A stretch of 39,787 bases of DNA from an uncultured delta proteobacterium. Its GTDB lineage: Bacteria; Desulfobacterota; Binatia; Bin18. The stretch is taken from contig CAVTCR010000048.1 of NCBI GenBank assembly GCA_963733195.1, positions 1 through 39,787 on the forward strand. Direction: 5' to 3'. Below the pieces are notes generated by a model. That model made no database searches. It was not told the origin of the DNA and saw only the letters and a list, made by a program, of their open reading frames with translations. Position 1 is the first letter of the stretch. The number at the start of each line of letters is the position of its first letter. Both the position numbers and the translations under genes were made by a program. Below, one piece after another: positions 8,739 through 17,958 of this stretch.

Positions 8739-8904
8739 GACTTCGACGGTTTTTCTTAAAGTGGAAAGAATTTCAGAGTTCGGCTAATTAAGAGTTTCCG
8801 ACACTATATTCACAGTGTGTTTCTTCATTTACGGAAATCCAGGTACTGTATGTGAGCCAGACTCATCGGAATGGAAGCTATCCAGTTTTCGCCTCTTGCT
8901 CATA

Positions 8905-9777
8905 TTAGGTCGGACGAGACTTCTCCAGGAACCATTTGATCAGGCGGCCGGCGATGCTGATCCGTCCAGGGATAGACGGCAGCGAGTCGGCGCGAAACCA
9001 TCCGGCTTCGGCGATTTCGCTCGGATCGAGCGCAAGCTCCCCCTCCACGTACTCCGCGGTAAACCCTAACATGAGCGAATGCGGAAAGGGCCAGGGCTGA
9101 CTGCCAAAATAGCGGATGTTGCCCACCGTAATGCCGACCTCTTCCTTGACCTCGCGCACGACACATTCTTCTATGGTCTCCCCCGGTTCCACAAATCCGG
9201 CTAAGACGCTGAACATCCCCTGGGGAAAATGGGCGGAGCGGGCTAATAAAATCTCCTCGCCGCGTTCGACCGCCACAATGATCGCCGGCGAGAGACGCGG
9301 AAAGTTGTGCAGGCCACACTGCGGGCAGACTTTGGCCCGCTCCTTCTCCTTGGGGTGGGTCCGGCTGCCACAGCGGCCACAATATTGGTGGGTTCGGTCC
9401 CATTCGACAATCTGCACCGCGCGGCCCCCGAGGACAAACAAATCTTCCTCTAGTAGCCCGTAGACCTGCCGGAGGTCCTTGAAGTCCATCCCCTTGGGCA
9501 GGGACCCATCCGCCAGATCCACCGCATGGCAGGGTAATCCATCGTACCGGCCCAAATAGTGCCGTTGGCCACCCGTCACCCCTAACTCTTCAAACCGCTC
9601 GCGACAGGGGACACGTAAGGCATCCTCCCCCACCTCCACCAGCAGCCGATTCCGATGAAAGGCAAACCACCAGGCTGGTCCCGCGTGTTCCTGGGGCGGA
9701 GCGACCTCAGAGATAAACGTTTTCCGCATGCCAAACAGCGGCAGCCCGCGGGTGTCTGATGATTCGTGTGTCGCCAT
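8905..9777 (-). CDS. nudC: NAD(H) pyrophosphatase / NAD-capped RNA hydrolase NudC
   Basis: Zn finger YCGRCG..CPQCG; Nudix box AGFVEPGETIEECVVREVKEEVG; SQPWPFPHS signature. Start placed at MATHE; ORF is open to 9822. Confidence 0.95.
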   Translation of the reverse strand: MATHESSDTRGLPLFGMRKTFISEVAPPQEHAGPAWWFAFHRNRLLVEVGEDALRVPCRERFEELGVTGGQRHYLGRYDGLPCHAVDLADGSLPKGMDFKDLRQVYGLLEEDLFVLGGRAVQIVEWDRTHQYCGRCGSRTHPKEKERAKVCPQCGLHNFPRLSPAIIVAVERGEEILLARSAHFPQGMFSVLAGFVEPGETIEECVVREVKEEVGITVGNIRYFGSQPWPFPHSLMLGFTAEYVEGELALDPSEIAEAGWFRADSLPSIPGRISIAGRLIKWFLEKSRPT

Positions 9778-9982
9778 CGGGGGATCCTCCAGAGTGTCAG
9801 CTGCGCCACGGCAGCATAGCAAACTCGCACAAGATGTCTCATCTCTGCCCTCGGCATTGTCAAGTTCAGGGTGTGGTCCTGATTGCTTTTGAATGCCCTC
9901 TCTTGCGCCATTTCACATTTAGTTATCCTTCACGTGACACTGCCCATCGAACTTCCTTTCCAACGTCACCACCGACTCGGCT

Positions 9983-10861
9983 TCACACTTTCTGTCCGCG
10001 CTCCACAACCGGCGCGACACGATTGATCCACTCCATACCTTTCCCATCAGCAATTTCCGAGCCCATGCGCTGAGAAAAGACGATCACGCGCTCAGCCCCG
10101 GCATCCCGGTAGCGTTTCAGATCATCTGCCGATGGGCCGTTCTGAGACGGTTCGACAATTATCGTGCAGTGCAGAGCATCTGGGTTGCGGCCCATCTCTC
10201 GTGCGAGTCGTCGAATCTCGGTCAGGTCGTTCTTGAAGTGTTCAGGATTATGAACAAGCGGTAGCCAGCCGTCATACGTCCGCGCCACCCGCTCCAGCGC
10301 TTTGGGTCCGTGCGCCCCGAGCAAGATCGGCGGCCCGTTCTTTTGCGCTGGCTTCGGCTCACAGCGCACCGCAGGAAAGCGCACGGTCTCTCCTTCATAA
10401 CTTGCTTCGGCCTTCGTCCACAGCACCCGCATCGCTTCCACAATTTCTCGCATCCGCTTCCACCGTACGCGAAAACTGGTTCCCATGACCTCCGTTTCTT
10501 CTCGCAACCACCCCGCTCCCGCCCCAATAATCACCCGCCCTCCCGAATAGAGGTCGAGACTGGCAATTACTTTCGCGGTCATCAGCGGCTCGCGCTCCGG
10601 CAGCAAACAGATCGCGGTGCCGAGCTTGATCTGTTTCGTCACCGTCGCCGCCACCGTGAGGGCGATGAACGGGTCTGCCCACCGATTATAGTGTTCTGGC
10701 AATTTTCCATCGCCAATGGGGAATGGAGTCTTGTGGCCGACGGGAATCACTGGATGCTCCGGAATCCAGAGCGAGTCAAAGCCCAACGCTTCAACTTTAC
10801 GCGCATACTCAGCAAGGTCACCGCTCTGTGCGGTTGCGGTCATCAGAATGCCAATGTTCAT
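9983..10861 (-). CDS. LLM-class (probably F420-dependent) oxidoreductase
   Basis: GFDSLWIPEH, DPFIALTVAATVTKQIKLGT, SLDLYSGGRVIIGAGAGW..E, PKPAQ..GPPILLG. Confidence 0.9.
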   Translation of the reverse strand: MNIGILMTATAQSGDLAEYARKVEALGFDSLWIPEHPVIPVGHKTPFPIGDGKLPEHYNRWADPFIALTVAATVTKQIKLGTAICLLPEREPLMTAKVIASLDLYSGGRVIIGAGAGWLREETEVMGTSFRVRWKRMREIVEAMRVLWTKAEASYEGETVRFPAVRCEPKPAQKNGPPILLGAHGPKALERVARTYDGWLPLVHNPEHFKNDLTEIRRLAREMGRNPDALHCTIIVEPSQNGPSADDLKRYRDAGAERVIVFSQRMGSEIADGKGMEWINRVAPVVERGQKV

Positions 10862-11079
10862 ATTCCCCTCCTTCGTGGATTGACGATTATGTTTGTTGGA
10901 TCACGTTTGTACAATATCGGGTACATTCCAACAAAGGGACACAACCTCTCATAGGATTGCGTCAACAATCTGGGATCAAAAGACTTATCGGGTTTTCACA
11001 ATGAGTGTAGTTCTGCTTTCATCTGCGACTATAATCTCACCAAAAGTGCAGCATTACCAGGACAGCACTACCTACTTTC

Positions 11080-12234
11080 TCAATGTTCACTTTCACGGAA
11101 GACGTGACGTGCGACGATTCGGCGCATCATCTCCGAGGTACCATCAAGGATGCTCACTACCCGGACTTCGCGCCATATACGCTCGACGGGTAAGTCCTTC
11201 GAGTACCCTGAACCACCGAAGATCTGTAGGGTCTGGTCAGCGACACGAAAGACCATATCGGCACCGATGAGTTTAGAGAGGGCGGCAGACTTGGTCCGCG
11301 CAGTAGGTTCGTGGTCGTAACGCCAGGCGGCCTCGTATGCCACCAATCGAGCGGCATGGAGGGAAGCGGCCATGTCGGCGACCGCCCATTCGATGCCCTG
11401 ATGGTCTCGGAGCGGACGACCGAACTGTTCACGGTCCGCAGCTTGCTTAACGGCCATGTCTAGGAGCCTCTGGGCAGCCCCGACGCAATAGGCTCCCCAA
11501 TGGACACGTCCTGCATCCAGGCACTTCATCGCCGTGGCAAACCCCTTTCCTTCCTCGCCGATCAGGTTTGAGGCTGGTATCCGGCAGTCCCGCAAAATTA
11601 CCTCACAGTGTGACGCCCCTCTACCGGCAGCCATTTCGATCGTACGCCCGACTTCGAGTCCAGGTGTTCCCGCTTCAACAACAAAGGCTGAGATGCCTCG
11701 TACGCCGAGCGCCCGATCGACTGTCGCTAGGACGGTAAAGATCCCTGCCTCCGCAGCATTCGTGATATAGATCTTCCGGCCGTTTAGGACATACGTATCG
11801 CCTTCGCGGCGGGCAGAGGTCGAGATGCTGGCGACATCCGAGCCCGCCTTTGGCTCAGTCAGAGCCAGTGCCGCAATCGTACGTCCTGACGCGAGGCGTG
11901 GAAGCCACTGCTCCTTGAGTGCATCGCTGCCGTCGAATTCAATCGCTTTGGAGCCGATGTGAATGTTGACTCCGCACAGGTAGTAGAATGCAACATGAGC
12001 CTTGGCCAGCTCTTCTACTGTAAGGCAACTGCCGAGCATCGATAGTCCCAGACCACCGTACTCCCGAGGGGTGTTGGCGCCGAACAGCCCAATCTGGGCC
12101 ATCTTCGTCATGATCTCGGGCGGAACCACGCCCGTCTCTTCGATGACTTGGTCATGGGGTTGCAGCTCACGCTGAACAAAAGCGCGGACTTCCATCTGCC
12201 AACGCAAGAGATCCGAAGAGAGTTGAAAATCCAT
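11080..12234 (-). CDS. Acyl-CoA dehydrogenase family protein
   Basis: ALTEPKAGSD, LNGRKIYITN, REQFGRPL, QIFGGSGY..D.PVERIWR..ILDGTSEM. Confidence 0.93.
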   Translation of the reverse strand: MDFQLSSDLLRWQMEVRAFVQRELQPHDQVIEETGVVPPEIMTKMAQIGLFGANTPREYGGLGLSMLGSCLTVEELAKAHVAFYYLCGVNIHIGSKAIEFDGSDALKEQWLPRLASGRTIAALALTEPKAGSDVASISTSARREGDTYVLNGRKIYITNAAEAGIFTVLATVDRALGVRGISAFVVEAGTPGLEVGRTIEMAAGRGASHCEVILRDCRIPASNLIGEEGKGFATAMKCLDAGRVHWGAYCVGAAQRLLDMAVKQAADREQFGRPLRDHQGIEWAVADMAASLHAARLVAYEAAWRYDHEPTARTKSAALSKLIGADMVFRVADQTLQIFGGSGYSKDLPVERIWREVRVVSILDGTSEMMRRIVARHVFRESEH

Positions 12235-12258
12235 ATTACCTCGCGTGGGAGAACTCCT

Positions 12259-13446
12259 CTATGGAGGAGGGTTTTGTCGCTTTGGCCGTGGCGCCGGCAG
12301 GCCCAGTTCCGCCGCCCCGATGGTCGACAACAGGAAGTCCGTGCTGGGACCCATCACTAGCCCGGCCCGCACGTCTCGGTAGTAGCGCTCCAAGGGATAG
12401 TCTTTCATCAAGCCACGCCCTCCACAGACGCGAAGCGACAAGTCGGTCACTTTGATCGCCGTCTCTGCCGCCAGATATTTTGCCTGGCTGACCGCCAACA
12501 CGCGCTCCGGTGAGCCAAGTCCAGGGGTGGACGCCGCGTGCACGTTCAGGAGACGAGACGCTTCTAAAGCTACACTCATCTCCGCAATATGGTGTTGAAT
12601 CACAGGGCTATGGCCGATCGGTTGGGTGTCGGGTTTAATCACGCGCGTCCGGGCGTAGTCGCGGGCAAACTCATAGGCAGCCTCGGCAATACTCCGATAA
12701 ATGGCGGCGTATCCCACCGCGTACTCACTGCCGAGCCCACTGGTGAACACCAGGCCGGGAGGACCAACTACATCCTCGGCACGCACGAACCCGTCACGAA
12801 AGGTCATACTGTGGCTCGCAGTCGCACGCATGGCCATCGAGTTCCAGGTCTCGATGACTTCCACCCCGGGTGTGCCCTGCGGAATGACCACGCTCAACAG
12901 TCCCTCTCGGATGCGCGTGGTCCCGTCCCGCATCGCGTAAACAAAATAATAATCCGCCGCTTTACCAAACGAACAAAAATGCTTCGTGCCATTGATCCGG
13001 TACCCTCCCGGGACTTCGGTCAAGCGGGTTTCAAGAAAGAAGGTCCGGGCGTTGGGACTCGCATTGGGCTCTGAGCCAATGGAAGCGAAGATCGCGCCCC
13101 GGTTGACCACCTCGGTAAAGTAGCGCTCTTTCTGGGCAGGGGAGCCGACAGCGTCAATGATCGTCATGATTGTAGCGTGCATGTTGAAAGTTAAGGCGGT
13201 CGAGCTATCCCCTTTCGCCATCTCGCCAATCGCTTGGCTATACGCCAGCGAGCTCAAGCCTTTTCCGCCATAGGCTTTCGGCACGGTCAGGCCCATGAGC
13301 CCGTGCGCGCGGAGGTCTGCATAGTTTTCGTCGGGAAAGCGATTTTCCGCATCGTACAACGCAGCGCGCGGGGAGAATCGCTCGCGCGCCAAGCGCGCAA
13401 TGAGCGCGACGGTTTCGTGTTCGTCTGGCGACAGCTCCCAAGCCAT
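12259..13446 (-). CDS. Acyl-CoA dehydrogenase-fold protein (possibly flavin monooxygenase-like subgroup)
   Basis: GDSSTALTFNMH, INGTKHFCS, WNSMAMRATASH, RVCGGRG..PLERYYRDVRAG; GGAGGG RBS before MAWEL. Confidence 0.88.
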   Translation of the reverse strand: MAWELSPDEHETVALIARLARERFSPRAALYDAENRFPDENYADLRAHGLMGLTVPKAYGGKGLSSLAYSQAIGEMAKGDSSTALTFNMHATIMTIIDAVGSPAQKERYFTEVVNRGAIFASIGSEPNASPNARTFFLETRLTEVPGGYRINGTKHFCSFGKAADYYFVYAMRDGTTRIREGLLSVVIPQGTPGVEVIETWNSMAMRATASHSMTFRDGFVRAEDVVGPPGLVFTSGLGSEYAVGYAAIYRSIAEAAYEFARDYARTRVIKPDTQPIGHSPVIQHHIAEMSVALEASRLLNVHAASTPGLGSPERVLAVSQAKYLAAETAIKVTDLSLRVCGGRGLMKDYPLERYYRDVRAGLVMGPSTDFLLSTIGAAELGLPAPRPKRQNPPP

Positions 13447-13832
13447 GTCGGCCCTCCTTTGTCTGGTCACCCCTGAAACTGTGCCCAGTATTCTGCCTGA
13501 AAGTTATAGAACTCACGAGGGGTGGGAGGGTACTGGGGAGGCGGAACGGAGGCAGGATGGAACTAGTTCCCTAACGGTTCGGGGACACCCCAACACCGAA
13601 GATGCAGAGAAGATTATTGTGTTCCCCCAGGGTTTCATTCTCATAAGGTCGCATCTCCCGACCGCTCACTGGAGGGAGACTTCACCACAAGTTACCTGAA
13701 CTAGAATCCCGCTCTGCTGCGTTCCGGTCCTCTTTTCCTCGCACAATTGAGCCTTGCCCCTTGCGGTGATCTACGCGATAACGTGAGCACGCGGGGCCGT
13801 CGGTCTTAGTTTTTCGAAAAGGAGATTTTTCT

Positions 13833-14006
13833 ATGTCCTTTGCAATTTATCTCATCGGGTTTGCAATCTTCCTCGGTGGCGTGGCTTGGGCACTGATTAC
13901 CCTCGGGGTGCCCCAACTCTACGTGCTTATCGCGTGCGTCATACTGCTTGGTCTCGGGATCTTCACCGGAGTGACTCGCACCCGCGGCAAGGACCCCTCC
14001 GCCTGA
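13833..14006 (+). CDS. Small (57 aa) two-helix membrane protein, not in the ORF track
   Basis: AAGGAGA RBS; MSFAIYLIGFAIFLGGVAWALITLGVPQLYVLIACVILLGLGIFTGVTRTRGKDPSA*. Confidence 0.75.
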   Translation: MSFAIYLIGFAIFLGGVAWALITLGVPQLYVLIACVILLGLGIFTGVTRTRGKDPSA

Positions 14007-14164
14007 TCCAGAGCGGGCTCCTCGGACGAAAAACTCTTCGTCTCGACGATGACAGCGCCCTCTCACGACGAGAGGAAGCACGCTGCAGAAAACACCTTCC
14101 GCCTGCAGCACCACAACAGGAGGCGTCCTCATCAATGACGCGACGATACCCCAAGCACTCTCCC

Positions 14165-14752
14165 TTACGGCTTGGGCTCTGCCTCCTGCTCTGTGGTCTC
14201 GATCGTCCGCTCAATCTGCTCGACTAACTTTTCCGGCTGCGTCGACTGCTCCAGCACCGCGAGCGTGGGGTCTTGGCTGACATCGGCGCCCACCTTGTCC
14301 GCGATCTGCTTGAGCATCGTCAGCATTTTAGTGTTCTCCTGCTCCGTGAGCAGATTGATCTGCAAATCCAACTGATTGCGCCGCTCACTGAGTTGCAAGT
14401 CCCGATTCTGGCTAATCAGAATGAACGTGGACAGGAAGATGGCTTCCAACGAGACGATCAGCGTCAGCAGAGGAAACGGGTAGGGGTCAAAGCCTGCGCT
14501 CCCACGGAGCAGATTCTCCCCAATCCAGAAGCCAAACCATAAGGCATGCGCCCAGACAAAGGAGAGGGAGCCGCAGAAGGCGGTAATGCTGTCCACGACC
14601 CGAGCCAGGAGCGTGCGCTGGGCGCGTGCGGCTTTGTCGAGTTGGAGAATCGTGTCGATATTCTGTTGCACCACGTCCTCGACTGTCTGGGGCTGATGGT
14701 AGGTGTGGGATTGGCTGGGAGCAGGGCGCTGAGAAGCTGAGCGAGGGGTCAT
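14165..14752 (-). CDS. DUF1003 family membrane protein
   Basis: FDPYPFPLLTLIVSLEAIFLSTFILISQNR...DLQINLLTEQE signature. Confidence 0.9.
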   Translation of the reverse strand: MTPRSASQRPAPSQSHTYHQPQTVEDVVQQNIDTILQLDKAARAQRTLLARVVDSITAFCGSLSFVWAHALWFGFWIGENLLRGSAGFDPYPFPLLTLIVSLEAIFLSTFILISQNRDLQLSERRNQLDLQINLLTEQENTKMLTMLKQIADKVGADVSQDPTLAVLEQSTQPEKLVEQIERTIETTEQEAEPKP

Positions 14753-15270
14753 ACGGGGAACTCTAGCACAGACATGGGTAAAACAGAGGGGGAAGGCCGC
14801 TCCAGAATGGGTACGTATTGCGGCTTCCCGCGGCCTGAGCCCCGCTTCACCTTGGTGGTGACGTTGCTCTTGGTCTATGTGCTCCTGACGTTGGCACTGT
14901 GATATGTCTCTTGCATCGCCTCTCTAGTGGGCCTGCTCAAGGAATCTCTTATACACGTGGTCGCTTCTGACCTCTGCCATAATACACTGAAGCCCTGTTA
15001 TCCAACACCGGCATCGTGATGAACTCCTCAGTGCCTCTCCTGCCACCGGCCTCATCCTGCCTTTCCTTTTTCTGTCCCCGAAGCAAACTCATCGTGTGGG
15101 GATGACAATGCCGTGGGGAAAAATGCTACATACCGTCTGAATCTCCCTGCAAAATCAAGCCGGAGTGCCTGTTTTTTCTGGCTTTCTTCTTGCTCTCGTA
15201 AACGCAGACACAGGAAGAGTCACGGCATCTCCCTCACCGTAGGAGATGACGACCTCGGACAAGGAGGAGC

Positions 15271-15750
15271 GTGAGGATGCAGGGACAGCCTGGCCACTCG
15301 GCAGCAATTCTCCTCGTGGAAGATGATCCCTCTGAGGTGCGTTTGCTGCAAGAAGTATTCAAGGCGATCCCAGTGCGCACCCAGCTCCATGTGGTCAGTG
15401 AGGGCTGTGAGGCTTTGGCCTTTCTGCGACATGAAGCTCTATATGGCCACGCCCCTCGGCCTGCCTTCATTCTACTCTCCCTCAAGTTGCCCGGCATGAG
15501 TGGTCTTGATCTCCTTACCGAGCTCAAGCGCGATCCGGCGTTGCAGACCATTCCGGCGCTCGTCTTCACCAACTCTAGGTCCCCGCAGGACATCATGCAG
15601 AGCTATAGACTGGGCGCCAATAGCTACATCATCAAACCCTTCGAATTCACGCAATTAGTGGAGATAGTGCATGCCATTGCCGTCTACTGGCTGCAGATTG
15701 GCACCCTGTGCCTCCTTTCCTCCCCCCTCGCCCATCCTAATATTTCCTGA
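15271..15750 (+). CDS. Single-domain response regulator (Rcp1/CheY-like) lacking the phosphoacceptor Asp
   Basis: ILLVEDD, PRPAFILLSLKLPGMSG (Ser at the usual Asp position), FTNS, GANSYIIKP. Confidence 0.85.
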   Translation: MRMQGQPGHSAAILLVEDDPSEVRLLQEVFKAIPVRTQLHVVSEGCEALAFLRHEALYGHAPRPAFILLSLKLPGMSGLDLLTELKRDPALQTIPALVFTNSRSPQDIMQSYRLGANSYIIKPFEFTQLVEIVHAIAVYWLQIGTLCLLSSPLAHPNIS

Positions 15751-15831
15751 TGTATTCTTGGCTCGACCAAGGGATGATATAGTTCTCTTTGTTCGATCTC
15801 TCGACCGAAGAGGAAAACGGAGGCCGCTCGG

Positions 15832-17866
15832 ATGGCGACGAGACCCCTAGCCAAGAAAAAGCGTACCCCCTCTCCTGCTACTCTTTTTGGGGGTGGCACC
15901 GCGATGGGGACGTGCATACAGACATTCGATTGGACGACCTCTCCTTTGGGCCCGATAGCTGGCTGGCCGTCCAGTCTGCGCATGGCTGTCAGTCTGGGCC
16001 TCAACTCGCAGTTTCCTACCGTGATTTTCTGGGGGCCGGACTTGGTGATGCTCTACAACGACGCCTACCTCCCGATGCTGGCGGACAAGCATCCCGCCTC
16101 GTTGGGGCAGGCAGCCCGGGAGTGTTGGCCGGAGATTTGGTCGATCATTGGTCCGATGTTGCACGGGGTATTGGAGACTGGGCAGGCCACCTGGTCGTAC
16201 GATCTCCTCCTCCCCATCATCCATGAGGGTGCGGTGGGCGAATACTACTTCACCTTCTCCTACAGTCCAATCTACGATGAGGCAGGCGTCGTGCGCGGCG
16301 TCTTCTGTCCAGTGACGGAGACGACTGAGCGGATCCTGGGTGAGCGTCTTCAGCAGGCATTACGGAAAGAAGCCGAGGCAGCCCGAGAACAAGTGACGCA
16401 GACGCTGGAGAGCATCACTGATGCTTTCTTTACCGTCAATCGAGACTGGCGCTTCACCTACGTTAATCGCCGCGCTAAAGCGCTGTGGGGGTGGCAGGAC
16501 GACTTCATTGGCAAGAACGTCTGGCAAGAGTTCCCGGAGTCCGAGCCCCTCATTTTTGGCGCGCAACTCCGCAAAGCAATGGCGGAACAGGTGATGGTAG
16601 ACTTTGAGGAGTTTTATCCGCCGTGGGGGGCCTGGCTGGCCATGCGTGCCTATCCGTCTCCTGAGGGATTGGCGGTCTATTTTCATGACATCACCGCCCG
16701 CAAACAGGCAGAGGAGGCGAGTCTACGACTGGCAGCGATCGTTGAGTCGTCTGATGACGCCATTATCAGCAAATCTCTGGATGGTGTGGTGACCAGCTGG
16801 AATGCCGCCGCCGAGCGGATCTTCGGGTACCGGGCCGAGGAGATGATTGGGCAACCGATTCTGCGCCTGCTGCCGGAGAATCGGCATGACGAAGAGCGCC
16901 TGATTCTCGAGTGCCTGCGACGGGGCGAGCGAGTGGACCACTTTGAGACCGTGCGCCGGACCAAGGACGGACGGTTACTGGACGTGTCCGTCACTATTTC
17001 TCCCATCCGTGACGAGCACGGCACGATCATCGGCGCCTCAAAGATCGCCCGCGACATCACGGAGCAGAAGCAACTGGAGAAGGAACTGGTCCAGCGGGCG
17101 GCCGAGTTGGAGCAGCCTCAACGCCGAGCTGCAGCAATTTGGCTACATTGTTTCCCATGACCTGCAGGAGCCGCTGCGCACGATCACCAGCTTTGTTCAG
17201 CTCCTGGCCCGGCACTTCGACGGCCAGATGGATGCAGAGGCCGCCGAGTTTATCAAGTTTACGGTTGATGGCGCGCAGCGGATGCAGGCGTTGATAACTG
17301 ATCTCCTGGCCTACACGCGCGTGAGCGGCCAAGCGCAGACGTTCACCACGGTGGACAGTGAGGGGCTACTAGCACGCGTTCTTGGTGATCTCCAGCTGGC
17401 GATCCAAGACAGTGCGGCTGAGGTGACCCACGGTGTACTGCCGACGGTCCATGGTGACGCCGGACAATTGGGCCTCGTCTTCCAGAACCTTATCGGCAAT
17501 GCCTTGAAGTTTCGCAGCGAGGCCCCACCCCGCATTCACATCGCGGCTCGGCAGGATGGACATCAGTGGGTGTTCTCTGTGCGTGACAACGGCATCGGTA
17601 TCGACCCACAGCACAGCGAACGGATTTTCCAGGTGTTTCAGCGCCTGCATACCCGTAGTGAATATCCTGGTACAGGCATCGGGTTGGCGATCTGCCAGAA
17701 GATCATTGAGCGCCACGGTGGGCGTATGTGGGTGGAGTCTGAGCGAGGCAAAGGCGCGACGTTCTTTTTTACTCTACTAGCACCAGGCGCTTCTCCGTTG
17801 GAGGGCCGAAAGTTGCGAGTGAAGGAAAAACGAGAAGCTGAGCCGGGGATGCGAGCGCCCGACTAA
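15832..17866 (+). CDS. Multi-PAS sensor histidine kinase (one frameshift near 17115, possibly a sequencing error)
   Basis: Three PAS-type segments (LYNDAY, LESITDAFF, IVESSDDAII); H box SHDLQEPLR; N box QNLIGNALKF; DNGIGI and GTGIGLAIC boxes across two overlapping frames. Confidence 0.9.
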
Positions 17867-17958
17867 TGCCGTGCGACACCCCTCTCCTCGAGTTTGCGAA
17901 GTTGTCTGGTGCTCCGTTATAAAAGTGCTTCTGGGCGAGCCTTCACCCTGAGTGATCA

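Noticed and set aside
14774-14902. 42-aa ORF with a hydrophobic C-terminus
   Set aside because: No convincing RBS or recognisable family; cannot be supported from sequence alone.
17100-17130. Programmed frameshift in the histidine kinase
   Set aside because: No slippery heptamer is seen; indels are common throughout this assembly, so error is more likely.
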